43,512 nt of DNA from a virus (taxonomy: Duplodnaviria; Heunggongvirae; Uroviricota; Caudoviricetes). The stretch lies in IMG/VR virus record IMGVR_UViG_2563366800_000009, positions 1-43,512 of that record. One strand, 5' to 3'. Every line of letters starts with the position of its first letter. Position 1 is the stretch's first letter. Below, in pieces: positions 8,766 through 21,874 of this stretch. Position numbers and translations under genes: made by a program. Under the pieces are notes generated by a model, which made no database searches, was not told the DNA's origin, and was given only the letters and a program-made list of their open reading frames with translations.

Positions 8766-10187
8766 TTATGGGAGATAGCCGTATTTAGCTTTGAACTGAG
8801 ACGCTAATGCCGGGTTTGCTTTCAGTGCCTGGATAGCTGCTTCCGGTGCTTGCCCTGTTGTGCCTGCCTTCTGCTGATCCTTCTGTGATTTCCTTTCTGA
8901 CACATATGTATCGTATCCCTGCGAGCTGTAGCCCATAGATTCAGCTTCGCGGCCCGCCACCTTTTGCAGTACAGAATATTGGCTGCGAATTTCTCCAAGC
9001 TGCTTTTTCACCACGTCAGCTGGTTGTGTAACATCGAGGCGGGCGATCAGGTTTTCGAGCTTGCTTCCTTCTGCGTTCGAAAGTGCTCCCAAGCCTCTGA
9101 GCATCTGAACGTTCTGAACGAAAGCGCCAGATTTCAGTTCCTCAATAGCGTTTCTGTTTTCCAGCCCTTCAGCAGAGGTCATGGCGTCAGGGTAGCGACC
9201 TTCAACCCGACCGACGCCTGCCAGGTCTCCCTTGTTCATCAGAGAGTCAATCTTCTCGATCCCCCTCTCGCCAGTGATTAGAGATTCGTTATATCCGTTA
9301 TTACCCTCAAGCCACTTTCTGGCCTGCCCCATTCGCGCGCCGGTTGCTGGCTTGCCGGTTAAAGGGTCAACTCCCGTAGAGGCGATTTGAGAGTTTAACG
9401 CCAGGGTGTCCATGTCCTGAACGTCGCCATATTTTTTAAGCGCCGCCTGTGACTGCCTGTATACGTATTTATCGTGATTCAGACGAGCCATCTGAGCGCC
9501 ATATGAGAGCTGCTGCCCCTGTCGCGTGGTGGCGTTCTGCATGTCAGCCTGACGGATGCTTTCATCCAATCGCCCTTTCTCAAGTTGGCGACCAACCATC
9601 TTGTCCTGAACAGCAAACGCATTTTCTGGTCCAAGCGCACCGAGAGACATAGTAGTCAGCATGTGTGATAGCTGCTCTGGATTCTGGATACCTGTCTGAA
9701 TCATCCAGTCAGCATTCGCCCCCACGCGATTTAACCTGTCCTTGTTGTCAGTAATGAATTTACTGTAGGCTTCCGGTCCCTGAGAAAGAGCGACGTTAGC
9801 CCTCATGGCTAAATCGCCCATATCGTTGCGTTGCTGATCATTAAGACCGGAAAACGCCTGTTGTGCCTGTGCAACAAACGCTGGATTTTCCTGGGCAAAC
9901 TTAAATAGTCCCGATGGATCACCAGAAGCCCATGCATCAGCGTGAACCTTATTGAACGCACTAATCGCTTTCTGTTGCTGTTCCTGATTGTAAATATCAG
10001 CAACTCCAGCCAGACCACGTAACGCGGTCAGACCAACGTTATTTGCACCTGAGCGAGCCAGTTCATTGTTTTCGCGGATCAGACCAAGCGTTGCGTTAAT
10101 GTCGCTTGCCTTTGGCGCATTCTCATTTTGCGTACCGATGCCAGCCAGAAAACCACCAGAATTAATACCCTGTTGCCACGTAGCCAT
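8766..10187 (-). CDS. Ejection protein, P22 gp20-like
   Basis: 473 aa, position and size match P22 gene 20. Confidence 0.7.
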   Translation of the reverse strand: MATWQQGINSGGFLAGIGTQNENAPKASDINATLGLIRENNELARSGANNVGLTALRGLAGVADIYNQEQQQKAISAFNKVHADAWASGDPSGLFKFAQENPAFVAQAQQAFSGLNDQQRNDMGDLAMRANVALSQGPEAYSKFITDNKDRLNRVGANADWMIQTGIQNPEQLSHMLTTMSLGALGPENAFAVQDKMVGRQLEKGRLDESIRQADMQNATTRQGQQLSYGAQMARLNHDKYVYRQSQAALKKYGDVQDMDTLALNSQIASTGVDPLTGKPATGARMGQARKWLEGNNGYNESLITGERGIEKIDSLMNKGDLAGVGRVEGRYPDAMTSAEGLENRNAIEELKSGAFVQNVQMLRGLGALSNAEGSKLENLIARLDVTQPADVVKKQLGEIRSQYSVLQKVAGREAESMGYSSQGYDTYVSERKSQKDQQKAGTTGQAPEAAIQALKANPALASQFKAKYGYLP

Positions 10188-10197
10188 TGATTACTCC

Positions 10198-10890
10198 TTA
10201 AAACAACGAGCCAAGCAGACCAAGACCGCCGCCGATCGCAGCCCCCCACGGAGTTGATGAACCAATTAATTTCGCAAGTCCGGCCCCAGCAATAGCACCA
10301 GACGCACCTCCGCCAATAGCAGATTGCATTGCTGATGGTCTGTTGGCATTTGCCGCTGCAAGAGCCGCACTTTGCTGCGAAATCTGACTCATGTTGTTGG
10401 CATATGTCTGCCCGGCGTTTGCCTGACCTTGCAGTGCGCCAAGACCAATATTTGCCAGATTCTGGTAGTTGTTCATCTGACCAGATAGCCATTGCTGACC
10501 AAGCGTTGGTGCGATTGTTGCTAACTGATTACTGGTTGCGGTGGAACCCAATCCACCTGTTGCTTCCGCTGCCGCCAGACTCTGATAGCGAGCCTGACCA
10601 GCAAGATCTTTGTACTGCTGAGAGTTGTAATACTGGTTAAGCGCCTGACCTTGCCCCTCCAGAGACGATAAGTTTTCGAGGCTTCCGACATACTTATCAG
10701 CCAGAGGAGTAAACGGCTTCAGGTTGTTCATGATGGTGTTGAACTGCTGATTTTGCAGGTCTGCTGCATACTTCTGAGCTTCTGCGGCATACTTTGCGCT
10801 TTTATCAGAACTGCCACCTTTCCCACCCTTTTCAGGGCAATAAGGTTCCTCGCCGCGCAGTTTTCTGCCCAGCTTAAATGCATATAACAT
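10198..10890 (-). CDS. Ejection protein, P22 gp7-like
   Basis: 230 aa, Gly/Ala/Gln-rich with hydrophobic C-terminus; position matches P22 gene 7. Confidence 0.65.
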   Translation of the reverse strand: MLYAFKLGRKLRGEEPYCPEKGGKGGSSDKSAKYAAEAQKYAADLQNQQFNTIMNNLKPFTPLADKYVGSLENLSSLEGQGQALNQYYNSQQYKDLAGQARYQSLAAAEATGGLGSTATSNQLATIAPTLGQQWLSGQMNNYQNLANIGLGALQGQANAGQTYANNMSQISQQSAALAAANANRPSAMQSAIGGGASGAIAGAGLAKLIGSSTPWGAAIGGGLGLLGSLF

Positions 10891-10892
10891 GG

Positions 10893-11348
10893 CTATCTCC
10901 CGTGATTCAGGAAGTCGATTAGTTCTTCGCGTGTGGCGCTGTAAAAAGTCACGTCATCCACGCCTTTGAAGTATTTCTTGATGGTTCCTACACGCTTAAG
11001 GCCAATCATCGCGCAATACATCTGACCGTGGCGGAATTTGCGTGCAGCGAACGATGTGACGCACTGAACGGTGGTGTTAGTCAGAATGTATCGCCAGAAC
11101 GCCAGCCCGATTTCCTTGCTGAATCCGCGAATCTCTGGCAGGTACATGGCGTGGCAATCTAATGTCAGCGGCTGAATCTCCTGATAGTAAACAATGCCGC
11201 CGAACTGCCCGTGCACGTTCACCTCAAAGTAACGGCAATCAGGTTTGTAGTCGTATCCATCACCGTTGTTGCTCCCGGCAATAATGTCAGGGTGATTTCC
11301 GACTGCTTCGATCAGGTCGATGTTTCGCGTTGGTTTGAACTGAATCAT
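10893..11348 (-). CDS. Virion assembly protein, P22 gp14-like position
   Basis: 151 aa; synteny only. Confidence 0.5.
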   Translation of the reverse strand: MIQFKPTRNIDLIEAVGNHPDIIAGSNNGDGYDYKPDCRYFEVNVHGQFGGIVYYQEIQPLTLDCHAMYLPEIRGFSKEIGLAFWRYILTNTTVQCVTSFAARKFRHGQMYCAMIGLKRVGTIKKYFKGVDDVTFYSATREELIDFLNHGR

Positions 11349-12196
11349 TACTGCTCCGCGATTATCTTGATGGTTGTGGCAGTAAACGCCGCACCATTTG
11401 ACTGAATAGTTAACGTACTGCCATTTGTGGCAAGAAAGCCGTCTTTATCCACGCTGAAGAACGTAGCTAACAGGATGTTGTCGGTTGTTGTCGCCGCATT
11501 ACGACTGCTGACCAGTGTGTCAGGAACAGAGCCGGAAAAGGTTAGCTGCATTGACCTGTTGGAGGTTCCGCTGGGCCACGTGCCGACAATCGACAACTTG
11601 AAGAGCAGGGTTTTGTTCTCGTTGAACACAACCATCTTGTTGTTAACTGTGTCGAAGAATGGTGCCAACGAGCCGGATGACGGCGTGAGCGTTTTCAGCA
11701 GGCTAACAAGGTTGGTCGGCGCTGTCGGGATGGTTACTGATACGCCAGAGTAAACAACCTCTGACTTCTTGCGAGTAGTGGCATACTCCAGAGCATCGAT
11801 GCGCGTTTCATGGTCTGAAACCTGCGATTCCAGCGACTGAACTCTGGTATCAAGCGATGCAATATCGCTTTCATTCTGAGCTATTCGTGTTTCATGTTCC
11901 TGAAGAGTTGATTCTGCCTGGCTGATTCGCTCCTCATGATTAACAAGCGTTGCTTCCGCAGCAGAAATTCGCTGCTCATGGTCAGCGAGAATCACATCCT
12001 GCTCATCGTTCCTGACTTGTGCGTCATAAGCACCCTGTCCGGCCTCGTTGGCTTTGTTCGCCACGTTACCAACATCAGTACCCTGTGCGATAACGTAAAG
12101 CAGATACGACTGCGAGAAGATATTGCGTGGAAGGACTGATGTGTCGAGCCGTGTAGCCTGAATGATTACCGGCACATTGAGATTCGAATCCGCCAT
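11348..12196 (-). CDS. Tail needle protein (P22 gp26-like) with coiled-coil core
   Basis: Coiled-coil segment [39 protein letters not shown]; position after tail hub gene. Confidence 0.65.
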   Translation of the reverse strand: MADSNLNVPVIIQATRLDTSVLPRNIFSQSYLLYVIAQGTDVGNVANKANEAGQGAYDAQVRNDEQDVILADHEQRISAAEATLVNHEERISQAESTLQEHETRIAQNESDIASLDTRVQSLESQVSDHETRIDALEYATTRKKSEVVYSGVSVTIPTAPTNLVSLLKTLTPSSGSLAPFFDTVNNKMVVFNENKTLLFKLSIVGTWPSGTSNRSMQLTFSGSVPDTLVSSRNAATTTDNILLATFFSVDKDGFLATNGSTLTIQSNGAAFTATTIKIIAEQ

Positions 12197-13614
12197 TACT
12201 CAATCCTTATCTGGCAGCCAGACAGAGTGACAGGTGACTTCGTGATAACGCGCAATTTGAAACCAATGTTTTTCCTGATGCGCCCTACTTTCTTCCACAA
12301 AACGCGTTTGTCGTAAACGAACGGTTCATTCTGCTCAATCATCTGCTCACGCCCGTAATTGATGCCGTCAGTGGTTGCAGAGAGGAACAGGCGGTCGGCG
12401 TACTGAGCTACGCCAGTGGATGATTCCACCTCCAGATCGAAGCATCTGGCGTTATCCGCTTTGAACAGTGGAGTAAACAGCAGGTGTTCCTGTTGAAGCC
12501 CATACTGACTGCTGATATCGAACTGCAATTTCCCGGTCACGGACTCCAGCTTATCGCCGCACGTTATTTGGTTGCCTTCGTAAATGAAGTCGATAGCGCG
12601 GTACACATCGTCATACAGGCCTGTTTTCAGTACACACCATTGCGGGCCATTGGAGCTTGAAGATGCGTCGTAAACAAGAACATGGCGCGGAAGGTGGATA
12701 ATCAGCAACTCATGCGCATCAAACCGCAACGATTCCATCACGCCATCAGCCAGTTCATCAGCAGTGTAGGAGCGGAGGATTTTCTCAATGCTCGCACTGG
12801 CGATTGGTGACACCTGACCGGAGCCGATGATGTACACAGACGGCGCACCTGTTGCCGGATTGCTGATGAACGCATATGAATCAGCAAACGGCGTTTTGCA
12901 GTAGGTTCCGGCGATTCCTTTTTGCACCATCAACGATGGCTGGGCGACATACAAAGCGGCACCAACAGTGGTTGCGCCCGTCAGGGAGAAATATTCAATC
13001 GTCGATGAACCAAAGCAGACGATGAAGTCTCGCCATGTACCTATGCCGATGATGCCATCAGGCTGAGATTCTGCGCGATATTGTGCGCTGTATCGGTCAG
13101 GATGTGATTCGTCTTCAAGGTCAGTGATAAACCATGAATCAGTACCGTCTTTTGACCACGCATAACGCCCACGTAAGCGCGTAATGTCACGAACTGAACC
13201 TAACTCGTACTGTGTGAATCCGCTGTCTGTAGGCCAGTTTGAGACGGTTTTAACCGTGCCATCATAGCGATACTCGACCAGTTGACCATTAACACCTACC
13301 GCCTGTGATGTCCGACCATGAGCCATTGATACTCGACCACTTCCGGCAACATCACCGACTTCACTTTCTCCTTTGTACAGCTTCCCACCACACACACGAT
13401 AAACAGCATTCTGCGCCATGTTGTACTCGACGCCGCGCGATACGCCGTTCACATCAGAACGTTTGGCAATGCCCGGGAATGAGCGAAGATATCCGCTGCT
13501 GTTAAGGATTTCTTTTGGTGTAGCCAACATATTCACTGGCAGATAGTCGATATAGTCGGCGTTTCGAAAGTCTTTGCCGACGCCTTTCATAAGCGGAAGT
13601 TGCTGAATCGGCAT
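12196..13614 (-). CDS. Tail hub protein, P22 gp10-like
   Basis: 472 aa, same length and position as P22 gp10. Confidence 0.75.
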   Translation of the reverse strand: MPIQQLPLMKGVGKDFRNADYIDYLPVNMLATPKEILNSSGYLRSFPGIAKRSDVNGVSRGVEYNMAQNAVYRVCGGKLYKGESEVGDVAGSGRVSMAHGRTSQAVGVNGQLVEYRYDGTVKTVSNWPTDSGFTQYELGSVRDITRLRGRYAWSKDGTDSWFITDLEDESHPDRYSAQYRAESQPDGIIGIGTWRDFIVCFGSSTIEYFSLTGATTVGAALYVAQPSLMVQKGIAGTYCKTPFADSYAFISNPATGAPSVYIIGSGQVSPIASASIEKILRSYTADELADGVMESLRFDAHELLIIHLPRHVLVYDASSSSNGPQWCVLKTGLYDDVYRAIDFIYEGNQITCGDKLESVTGKLQFDISSQYGLQQEHLLFTPLFKADNARCFDLEVESSTGVAQYADRLFLSATTDGINYGREQMIEQNEPFVYDKRVLWKKVGRIRKNIGFKLRVITKSPVTLSGCQIRIE

Positions 13615-14114
13615 TATTCGCTCCCGTTATCGCAAGGTTCCTTTCGCTGGAAGTAATTCCAACCGTTCCACTTCGCCAACTGGTTACCACTACCAACAGG
13701 CATACGGTTTGGATAACCGGACTTACATTTAGCGGCTTTTGCTCTGTCCATTGCAGACAGTTTGACGAGTCGCTCTTTCCCGTATCTGGCAGTGGTTATA
13801 AGTTTTGCAGGTGCTTCCAGCGCATAATCCGGTGCAATGCGGCAGGCAAGGTTGAAAATGATGGCATTGATAGCGTTATTTGATAAACCGTGCTCATCGC
13901 CCGGATCCGGAGCAACATCTGCATCAGCAAAAATGTAGCCAACGTTGATACCAGGTGACGCATCACCGCCAAGCCATTCAGCCATCATCATTTCAAGGTC
14001 GTTGACGCCGTCTTCCATAGACTGCGGTTCGACATCTGTTAACGTGGCATTTGATGCCACACCGAGCTTACGTAATGCCGCAAGGACTAAATCACCCTTC
14101 GTTGTCAGGTTCAT
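13614..14114 (-). CDS. Tail accessory protein, P22 gp4-like
   Basis: [33 protein letters not shown] resembles the P22 gp4 N-terminus; start chosen at internal Met. Confidence 0.75.
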   Translation of the reverse strand: MNLTTKGDLVLAALRKLGVASNATLTDVEPQSMEDGVNDLEMMMAEWLGGDASPGINVGYIFADADVAPDPGDEHGLSNNAINAIIFNLACRIAPDYALEAPAKLITTARYGKERLVKLSAMDRAKAAKCKSGYPNRMPVGSGNQLAKWNGWNYFQRKEPCDNGSE

Positions 14115-14316
14115 CTGCTGCCGCCTTAGGTTTTCGACCAGGCTTTTTACGCTGTTTTTCTTCTGGCTCTGCAACATCCTTCAAAAGGTCATCAGGATGT
14201 GAAAACCAGCCAGCATCCAGATATTCCTGAAGCTCTTCGGCTTTCACGATTTCAAAGTCGTATCCAACGCCTTTCCATTTCTTCATGTCTCCATGACGAA
14301 AGATCATGTGTGTCAT
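14092..14316 (-). CDS. Hypothetical small protein between coat and gp4 genes
   Basis: ATG at 14316 with GGAG RBS; basic C-terminus. Confidence 0.4.
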   Translation of the reverse strand: MTHMIFRHGDMKKWKGVGYDFEIVKAEELQEYLDAGWFSHPDDLLKDVAEPEEKQRKKPGRKPKAAADEPDNEG

Positions 14317-14328
14317 GCTTGTCTCCAG

Positions 14329-14353
14329 ATAAAAAAGGGAGCCGAAGCTCCCT
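14329..14353 (-). terminator. Rho-independent terminator/attenuator just downstream of coat gene
   Basis: Hairpin GGGAGC-TTCG-GCTCCC followed by a T-run on the minus strand. Confidence 0.55.
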
Positions 14354-14360
14354 CTGGTTA

Positions 14361-15656
14361 TCACGCGGTCTGGTTAGGCAGACCAACACCAATTGCCTCT
14401 GGTCGTACAGCACATGCTGAATACCACACAGCAATACGGCACTTACCAGACAGAGTGTTGATATCACCCTGCGTTGCGAAGATGCCGTTAACACCAATAC
14501 CTGGAATGCTGAAGGAAGACGTTTTCATGCCAGCAAACAGTTCATGGGTTACCGGGATCGGCTGAGACAGCAGGCGGATTGAGTCATCAGCCCAGAACAC
14601 GTTAGCGGTGGTTGTTGCCACGTTCAGAACGTTTACCGGAGTGGTATCAGCAAGAGATGTGTTTACATTAGCGTAAGCCTTCTCTTCTTTTGTCAGTGAC
14701 GCGTCATCCAGTGCAATCGGTTTCGGCGTGATTTCGATGTGAGTACCATCGATCACACGGGTGATTGAGAAAGTCGCATCATCAGTCAGCACGTTCTTCG
14801 CCATCTGAGACAGGAATTTCACACCAGTGAAGCTGATTTTGTCGCCGCGCTTAAATCCGGTGGTGGAGGATACGGTCACCGTTGCAACACGGTTGTCGAC
14901 GTTCTCTTTGTTACCATCGGTATCAAGGGTGTATGCCTGCGGCTTAAACTTCTGCGCACCAGAAACAGTTACACCAGTAGCGGTTGACTTGGTAACTGCA
15001 GGAAGTTTCGGTGAGCGAAGAATTTCATCAAAGCCAGCAATCTGACGCTGAATAGTACCGTTGCGATACGCGTCTTCAGGAACGCGACCGAAGATGTCAC
15101 CATCTACAAGATTGCGGCCTGCTTTGCGGTAATCGTCAGGGTTCAGGAAGTAACTGATGCCCATGTCGCGGTTTAGCTCACGGGAGAACATCAGACGTTC
15201 TGCATCAGACACAAAATCCCAGCCAGACAGGCCAGTAGATGGACCAATTGCGCGGGTATCGTGAACAACAAGCGAGCCCATTTCAGTTGCCTGTTTTGCA
15301 ATTGCTGACTCAATGTTATTCGCCAGTTTTTTGGCGGATGCCTGGATGCGACGACGGTAAGAACGCTCATCACGCAGGTCATCTGCACGAAGCTCGAAGA
15401 AATCGTTATCCGGATCGCCCATGTTGCATTTCACGGAGAGTTCCAGAATCCCGGTTGCGTTGCCAGTTAAATCCCAGCCAGTCTGGGTTGGCGCTTCCTG
15501 CTCAACAGGCATCCACACGGTGTTGCTTGAACGCTGCATGGATTCTGCCGGAGGGGTGTATTTTGTCACTTTGGACGCCATTGGCGTCAGGTTCTGGACT
15601 GTTTCGATGATTTCATCCAGAGCATACGTGACCAGTTGACCTTCATTTAATGCCAT
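14361..15656 (-). CDS. Major coat protein (P22 gp5-like, HK97 fold)
   Basis: 431 aa; N-terminus [27 protein letters not shown] and many segments match P22 coat protein. Confidence 0.9.
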   Translation of the reverse strand: MALNEGQLVTYALDEIIETVQNLTPMASKVTKYTPPAESMQRSSNTVWMPVEQEAPTQTGWDLTGNATGILELSVKCNMGDPDNDFFELRADDLRDERSYRRRIQASAKKLANNIESAIAKQATEMGSLVVHDTRAIGPSTGLSGWDFVSDAERLMFSRELNRDMGISYFLNPDDYRKAGRNLVDGDIFGRVPEDAYRNGTIQRQIAGFDEILRSPKLPAVTKSTATGVTVSGAQKFKPQAYTLDTDGNKENVDNRVATVTVSSTTGFKRGDKISFTGVKFLSQMAKNVLTDDATFSITRVIDGTHIEITPKPIALDDASLTKEEKAYANVNTSLADTTPVNVLNVATTTANVFWADDSIRLLSQPIPVTHELFAGMKTSSFSIPGIGVNGIFATQGDINTLSGKCRIAVWYSACAVRPEAIGVGLPNQTA

Positions 15657-16567
15657 TATCGAATTCCTTTATTCAGTTGCGCCTTGAGCTTGCGGTATGT
15701 CTCCACATCACCTTTGTTTGCTGCCGCTTCCATCTGCTTTTCAATCGCAGAGATATTTGCAGCAACAGCGTGTCCCTGAATGGGTTCATCAGGTAACGGG
15801 GCTTCTGAGACAGGCTTTGCTCGAGGCTTGAGAGTTAAACGTTCTGACAGTCGAGTGAGTTCAATCAGCGCGGATTGCCCGTCCATCGCCAGCAACTGGC
15901 GTGTTTTCTCAGGATTAGCACCAAGGTGATACATGAGAGCGGCGGATTTCTCCGGGAAGAGGCGCATGATGTCGGCACCGACTGCTGGCGGCACCAGTTG
16001 CATGAATGCATCCTCTTTCTCCTGATAGTCAGGGATATTGAGTTTTTCCGCTGCGTCGTAGTGCTTACGGGCTGCCTCGACGTATTGCGCTGATTGCTGG
16101 GTGAACTCCTGAGTTTTGCGACCCTGCTCGGCGACAGCCCGGCTTCGTGCGTCCATAGCCTTGATCTGCCATTCACTGTTTGCCTGCTGGAAGGCAGCCA
16201 GTGCGCGGCTCTGGTCATAGTCGTACTTAGCCAGTGCATCTTCGGAAAGATAATCGTTAGGGTCTGGTTGTTTTGGTAACTCAGGGTTCACCCGCAGGTG
16301 CTCCGGCAACTCTCCACGCTTAACCGCTTCCATCTGCTGCTCAAGCTCACGCTGGCGTTTGCGTTCAATGCGGCGACGGGCAAATTCAGCATTAGTTGCC
16401 GGGTCTTGTTTTGGTTTCTCATCGTCTTTCAGGACAATCTCGAAGCCTTCTTCCTGACCTGCGTTGTCGTTGGCATTATCGACAACTAAGCCATCAGCAG
16501 ATGCCGCTGCATGATTGCCGGGCAGGGTTAATTCTTCAGAAGCCTGAATGTCGGTGGTTTGGTCCAT
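15656..16567 (-). CDS. Scaffolding protein (P22 gp8-like)
   Basis: 303 aa, acidic, helical; between portal and coat. Confidence 0.8.
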   Translation of the reverse strand: MDQTTDIQASEELTLPGNHAAASADGLVVDNANDNAGQEEGFEIVLKDDEKPKQDPATNAEFARRRIERKRQRELEQQMEAVKRGELPEHLRVNPELPKQPDPNDYLSEDALAKYDYDQSRALAAFQQANSEWQIKAMDARSRAVAEQGRKTQEFTQQSAQYVEAARKHYDAAEKLNIPDYQEKEDAFMQLVPPAVGADIMRLFPEKSAALMYHLGANPEKTRQLLAMDGQSALIELTRLSERLTLKPRAKPVSEAPLPDEPIQGHAVAANISAIEKQMEAAANKGDVETYRKLKAQLNKGIR

Positions 16568-16580
16568 GGTTAACTCTCTC

Positions 16581-18746
16581 TTATTGAGGTGTCTCGGCTA
16601 CTCCGCCGGAGGGGATTTGAACTTGACGCATAAGATTCGCGAAATCCATGCGTTGTGAATGAGTCTGGTCTGCATCTTTAAGAAGCAGCTCAGCGTTAGC
16701 ACGAGCATCTTTGCTGCGCTGTTGCTGGAATTGACCTACGAGCTTGAGGTACTCACGCAGTTCTGCCTGCTTGTCGAGGTCCATATTGTTGAAGATTTCC
16801 GCAATCTTCGCGGCGTTGAGTTGGTTTTGGGCTTCAACCTTGGCGGCTTCAACCTGAATCTGCGCCTGTTGGTTCTCTGCCTTGAGCAATTCAGCCTGAC
16901 CTTGCAGAAGGATACCCTGCGCCTGAATTTGCTCTGCTGATGGCTGCTGCGGCTGCTGTTGAGCCTGCTGTACCATCTCCATCTCTTCTGGTGTTTCTGG
17001 TTTCTTCAGCCCCATCATCACCAGTTGCTTGTTCGCGTACTCTCGCATCATCTCGACGCCTTTACCGTCAAGCAGCGTGAAGTATTGCAGCATCAGCATC
17101 TGGAACTCTGGAGTACCTTGCGGTACCTTGGTGAGCAACTCCTGAATCTCTGCGCGGTTCTGTTCCTTCATACTCTGGAAGGATGGTCCAACGTCTGTAT
17201 AGCACTCATAGCGACCGCGAATGTCGTTGAGTGTGACCACATTACCGGACTGGTAATCTACAACTTGCGCGTATAGTTGAACGTCTTTCTCGCTACCATC
17301 TTCAAGTGTCAGCGTTACATGACGAGGAACGTCATAAATATCGTTGACCATTGAGGCATAAATCTCGCCATCACGTCGCATTGCGGTAGCCAGGTTATCC
17401 TGAAACACATATGTCTCAAGGTCTGCCCGCATGTTCAGTTGATTGACGGTATCGAAAGCCACCTGCCCGTTTGCAGCCTCAGCATCAACGCCAAGGCTAG
17501 CGACTTCCTTCACTGCAGCGGTGGCGGCCTCAAGCATGTAGGCGTTGGCCTGCGGAACCTGAGGCTCCTCCATGTACGCAACTGGCGTTGGCGGTAGATC
17601 AGCTCCGTTTTCATCAGTGCGATTGATGAGATAGTACGGATAGGCGTCATCGCCACCGTACATGTGCTCATAACCGGCAATCTGCTCTGGATAGAAGAAA
17701 GGTTTCTTCTGAGGGTTCCGCGCCACGATGTCGGCGTTGAACGACATAATCATGTTGCGAAGTCGCTGCCCGTCTTTCGTCAGCCTTACCACTCCCTCGT
17801 AGCACTCCTTGTCACCAGCGAATGACCATTCTCCATACACTGGAACGATTGGGATATGCTCTCCGGCTATCTTTTCTCGGTCTTTCAGTATCTGCGTGCA
17901 GGTGATGATCGACTTATACACACGACGACGCTTCACCTTACGCTCTGCTACCTTAATGAATCCACGATTAGCCAGGTCGTCGATGACGTCTTTGATATCC
18001 TGCTGGTAATAGCTGACCGGCTCACCTGTCAGCGGGTCGCGGTAGATGAAGACTTTCTCCTTCTTCTCTTCGACCTCGTAATACTCAGCGACGTAGACGA
18101 CATCATTCGATACCCACGGAAACAGCCATGTATCGTTCGGATTCTGGAAAGATGGCAGGGTGTCAGGATCAATACCGTAATCCTCTGCGAACTCTTTCCA
18201 GCCATTGCGCGACAAGGCGTTAATCACCGTGCAGTGCTTAGCGTCGCTCTTATCCATCTGCTTGCTGTTGGCGTCCCATATGACGTGTGAGCAGGCTTCA
18301 TGAATTGGCAGGCGTCGAATTACCTGATTGTTGCTTGTTGGATCGTTGTCTTCGTACTGCGTGACCAGACGCCATGCGCCAACGCCGGACTCTATCTGCT
18401 CACGAACGCCAACGTTAACGGCAATCTTTGCCGTGTTATGGCGCATATCAGTACGATACATACCCATCAATACATCGGCTGCATCAGGATTAGCACCGTC
18501 TTTTGGTCGGAAGAGAACGTCGATAGGGTTCCGGCGCATCTCTGCGACCAGCTTCCTGACCACCGGGCGGACAACATCGAATTGTCCGCGATATTGCAGG
18601 GTGGTGTAGTTTGATAGCCAGTCATCCCATTGCGACACTCGGCTAAAATACAGGTCATTTGTCGCCTCGGTTCTGGCTTCATCGCTCGCCATCCAGTCCG
18701 CGTCAAACTTACACAGAATGGAATTGAGTCTGTTTTCGTCGGCCAT
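16581..18746 (-). CDS. Portal protein (P22 gp1-like)
   Basis: 721 aa with Gln-rich C-terminal barrel region; position after large terminase. Confidence 0.85.
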   Translation of the reverse strand: MADENRLNSILCKFDADWMASDEARTEATNDLYFSRVSQWDDWLSNYTTLQYRGQFDVVRPVVRKLVAEMRRNPIDVLFRPKDGANPDAADVLMGMYRTDMRHNTAKIAVNVGVREQIESGVGAWRLVTQYEDNDPTSNNQVIRRLPIHEACSHVIWDANSKQMDKSDAKHCTVINALSRNGWKEFAEDYGIDPDTLPSFQNPNDTWLFPWVSNDVVYVAEYYEVEEKKEKVFIYRDPLTGEPVSYYQQDIKDVIDDLANRGFIKVAERKVKRRRVYKSIITCTQILKDREKIAGEHIPIVPVYGEWSFAGDKECYEGVVRLTKDGQRLRNMIMSFNADIVARNPQKKPFFYPEQIAGYEHMYGGDDAYPYYLINRTDENGADLPPTPVAYMEEPQVPQANAYMLEAATAAVKEVASLGVDAEAANGQVAFDTVNQLNMRADLETYVFQDNLATAMRRDGEIYASMVNDIYDVPRHVTLTLEDGSEKDVQLYAQVVDYQSGNVVTLNDIRGRYECYTDVGPSFQSMKEQNRAEIQELLTKVPQGTPEFQMLMLQYFTLLDGKGVEMMREYANKQLVMMGLKKPETPEEMEMVQQAQQQPQQPSAEQIQAQGILLQGQAELLKAENQQAQIQVEAAKVEAQNQLNAAKIAEIFNNMDLDKQAELREYLKLVGQFQQQRSKDARANAELLLKDADQTHSQRMDFANLMRQVQIPSGGVAETPQ

Positions 18747-20246
18747 TTAAGTTCTCCGTGCGATGGGCCTGATTGGGGCTGGTATCTTTTTCTCTTTTGG
18801 TTTTTTGATGTCGCGCATCATTTTTGCGAAGCGGCGCATCATGTATGCATAGCGAACGGCTGAGAGAACGTCGTCGTTAAGCTTGACGATTTTCCCGTTT
18901 TCATCACGGTGATAGAGGCGGAACTCCTCAAAGAATGGCTCACAGGTGTTGAATACTTTGAAGCGACCATCGAGCATCATGTCGCGCAATTCAGTGATGC
19001 CAGGCTCAACAGCATTACCGCCATCAGGCCATGTCGCATGCTCCTGTAACATCATAAATCCAGCGTCTGCATACTGCCCTTTGAGCTGCTCACCGCCGCC
19101 CTTCTCATGCTGGTTTCCGTCATGAGGCCATGCGGTTGGCACTTTATGCGCCCATGATTTAACAGCCCCCCATGCCTGAACAGCTGTTTTTTCTTTCGCC
19201 TTCCACACGCGTGAAACGTAGATTGTGTCTGCGTCCTTATCCCACCAAAGCTGAACCTGAGCCTGTGGGTGATCCCATCCGAAATCCATCCCGCCAATCA
19301 CGTAGAAGTGATCAGGACACTCGAACGGCTGACACTTAATAGTCTCTTCCGGTATCTGGAAGATTCGACCACTACCCATCGTAGGAATACCGCGAGCACG
19401 CGCCTCTCTCTCATGCTCAGGATAAGATGCGATGATTTGCTCTTTCTGTTCGTCTGTGTAGTGCTCAGCGTCGTAGATGGTCATGTTGACCACTTTCTGC
19501 GACTTGCTGGGATTCTTCAGGAACTTGGTAACAACGTCAGACATCCCCATCAGCGGGGTAAACGTCAGAATTGAGAATTGACCGTATTTGTTGGTACGGG
19601 TAAGACCTTCGCCATAAATGCTGTATGGTGGCTCTTCGTCAAACCACACGCCGTGGATTGTGTCACCCTGCCAGCGAGCACGGCCTTGCGAGTATGGTTT
19701 GAAGTAGCAGATTGAAATGCCATCTTCAACGCCATCAGCCGTGTGATGCTTAACCAGAAGGTGATCAACAAGGTTCGGAAAGAAAGGAGACTTCTTCCAG
19801 CTAATGATGTCATCTTTCGGTATTGAACCGTAGCCCGGTTCATCATTCTCTTCAATACGACCGCACAGGATGCGTTGAGTCGTTTTGGTTACCGTCTCGT
19901 TTGTCTCGCCGCCAATCCAGAAGACAACAGGCTCATAGAAACGCCTACCTTTCCACTCACCGCCATATTTACCATCAGCAGGATAGCCTTTTGTGCCCGG
20001 ATAACGCCCGGTAAGGTGAAACGCGACTTCAGCAGCACCAGTAAATGACTTACCAATCTGGTTACCAGCCATAAAACAGCGCTCTGGATAGTCATGCCCG
20101 GCGTCGATGAACTCACGCTGTTTGCTGTATGGCGTAAATTCATATAGCAGGTGTGTGTTCCGGTAGTTCTCTTCTTCTTCGAGTAGCTCGAGCAATTCGA
20201 TTTGCTCTTCGTCGCTCAGGTTATCAAGAATCGCGTCCAGTTCCAC
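18747..20246 (-). CDS. Terminase large subunit (P22 gp2-like)
   Basis: 499 aa; overlaps small terminase end; ATPase/nuclease-type sequence. Confidence 0.85.
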   Translation of the reverse strand: MELDAILDNLSDEEQIELLELLEEEENYRNTHLLYEFTPYSKQREFIDAGHDYPERCFMAGNQIGKSFTGAAEVAFHLTGRYPGTKGYPADGKYGGEWKGRRFYEPVVFWIGGETNETVTKTTQRILCGRIEENDEPGYGSIPKDDIISWKKSPFFPNLVDHLLVKHHTADGVEDGISICYFKPYSQGRARWQGDTIHGVWFDEEPPYSIYGEGLTRTNKYGQFSILTFTPLMGMSDVVTKFLKNPSKSQKVVNMTIYDAEHYTDEQKEQIIASYPEHEREARARGIPTMGSGRIFQIPEETIKCQPFECPDHFYVIGGMDFGWDHPQAQVQLWWDKDADTIYVSRVWKAKEKTAVQAWGAVKSWAHKVPTAWPHDGNQHEKGGGEQLKGQYADAGFMMLQEHATWPDGGNAVEPGITELRDMMLDGRFKVFNTCEPFFEEFRLYHRDENGKIVKLNDDVLSAVRYAYMMRRFAKMMRDIKKPKEKKIPAPIRPIARRT

Positions 20247-20712
20247 GGTTGAATAGCTCCTTGATACGAGAGCGTCGCTTATCGCGATCTCCCTTATCAG
20301 GTGTCACGTCTTCAACTTGCGACTGCTCTTTGAGGCCCAAATCACGGGCGATGATATTAGCGTTGAGAAGGTCAGCAGCTGCGCCGGAGAATTTCTGGTC
20401 GTAGATGACTTTCTCTGCTCGCGTGGTGACCCCACAAAAATCTTCGTCAGCGCGAAATCTTCGCCATGTTTCATCGGCTATATCGAGGAACAGGCATAGG
20501 CCGGTGAGCGTCATTGCACGCATCTTGGCGATAGGCTCTTGCGTCACTTCACCCTGATACGAGAATGCTTTCATTTCCCACAGTGGATGCTCTTCCACCC
20601 ATGTGAAATATTCGCAGCATGCTTCCCACAGCACCTCAGGCGATTCGAATTTCGGGTTGCGCCCGTGACTGCTGCGGGCCTCCCAAAATCGGTTGCCCTT
20701 TGGTGCTGCCAT
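20224..20712 (-). CDS. Terminase small subunit (P22 gp3-like)
   Basis: 162 aa beginning [26 protein letters not shown], matching P22 gp3. Confidence 0.85.
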   Translation of the reverse strand: MAAPKGNRFWEARSSHGRNPKFESPEVLWEACCEYFTWVEEHPLWEMKAFSYQGEVTQEPIAKMRAMTLTGLCLFLDIADETWRRFRADEDFCGVTTRAEKVIYDQKFSGAAADLLNANIIARDLGLKEQSQVEDVTPDKGDRDKRRSRIKELFNRGTGRDS

Positions 20713-20717
20713 ATTGA

Positions 20718-20807
20718 TTATTTCCCTTCTGTTTGCTTATCCCACTCTTCGCGGAATTTGGATGGGTTGTCGAAGCCCTGAGAGCATGAACAAACTTTGA
20801 TTACCAT
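20718..20807 (-). CDS. Very small ORF (29 aa) upstream of small terminase
   Basis: ATG at 20807; below ORF-track cutoff; weak. Confidence 0.25.
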   Translation of the reverse strand: MVIKVCSCSQGFDNPSKFREEWDKQTEGK

Positions 20808-21001
20808 TACTTAGCTCCTTCCTGCTTGCCTGTGTTTGATGTCGTTTCAGCAGCAGCCCCAGAGCAATTAACGCTACCCGCAACACCATATCCATAACCA
20901 GTCTTGAAGAAATTGTTGCCAGTAAATTGGTTAACAATCTTCCCGCAGCACGGGCAGCGTTGGCATTGGCAATAAGGGGATTGATTATTCCAGTGATACA
21001 T
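20807..21001 (-). CDS. Hypothetical Cys-rich small protein (64 aa)
   Basis: ATG at 21001 preceded by AGGAG RBS; CQCQRCPCC motif. Confidence 0.45.
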   Translation of the reverse strand: MYHWNNQSPYCQCQRCPCCGKIVNQFTGNNFFKTGYGYGVAGSVNCSGAAAETTSNTGKQEGAK

Positions 21002-21374
21002 CTTGTTTCTCCTGAATGAATGGCAGGAAGTGATTAACCATCCTGTCCAGCATGTAACAGTACGTCTCGTTGGCATCTTCAGGCCTTGTCGTCACGCCGA
21101 CATCAGAGCAAACGTAAAAGCAGACGTGGGCGCACTCATGAACGAGCGTAGCGATCTGCTGATCGAATACTCCAATCAGATAGCATCTCTCACCCGTATC
21201 AGTGTTTTCATAGTTGCTTGCAAGCCCAAGATTGAATGGCTTCTCATCCCCGCTGCCGCCAAGGAATTTATCAGCGTGCTGAAACTGTTCTCTGGTTGTT
21301 GCGAGGTAGACGTGTGCACTTTGAAACAGCGGAATGGTGAACGCCGGGAGTTTGTGCCATTTGGCCTTAGCCAT
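20985..21374 (-). CDS. Hypothetical protein with HExxH motif (LVHECAHV); possible small zinc metallopeptidase
   Basis: 129-aa ORF; HExxH seen in translation. Confidence 0.5.
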   Translation of the reverse strand: MAKAKWHKLPAFTIPLFQSAHVYLATTREQFQHADKFLGGSGDEKPFNLGLASNYENTDTGERCYLIGVFDQQIATLVHECAHVCFYVCSDVGVTTRPEDANETYCYMLDRMVNHFLPFIQEKQDVSLE

Positions 21375-21375
21375 A

Positions 21376-21618
21376 TCACACTCCAGCGGTGAACAGGTCT
21401 AACGCTTCCTTCGATTTACGCACCGCTTCGATAGTACGGGTCGTGATATCTGAATTAGCGCCGCCTGACTGGAAGTGAATTTTGAATAGCTCAAGCTTCA
21501 GTTCGTCAGTGCCAATGAACTGAAATGCTTCTTCTGCTGCTGCGTTCTGGTTCATGACCAGTTTGTAAATCTCTAACTGGAATTTCTGTTCTTCAGTCAT
21601 GGGAATAATCTCTGCCAT
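21376..21618 (-). CDS. Hypothetical 80-aa protein
   Basis: ORF with GGAG RBS; adjacent to HExxH gene. Confidence 0.5.
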   Translation of the reverse strand: MAEIIPMTEEQKFQLEIYKLVMNQNAAAEEAFQFIGTDELKLELFKIHFQSGGANSDITTRTIEAVRKSKEALDLFTAGV

Positions 21619-21874
21619 TGTTGGCTCCGTTTATCCGTTAAAAGGGATATCAATTAAGTTATCCCGTATAGGGTATAAGCCATTGTCGAGACCACTCATT
21701 GAATGGCCTCTGCAATAACCGATGTCTTTCCATCAGTCCGCCACCACAAAGAATCTTTTTTGCCATAAGGCTGGAGGTTCATCTTTCAGTGGCTGCCAGT
21801 GTTATTTCCCCACTTTCTGGCTTGGGTTGTTTCGCGGTGCTGCCGTAATGCAAAAACTGGATTAACCTGCGAAA

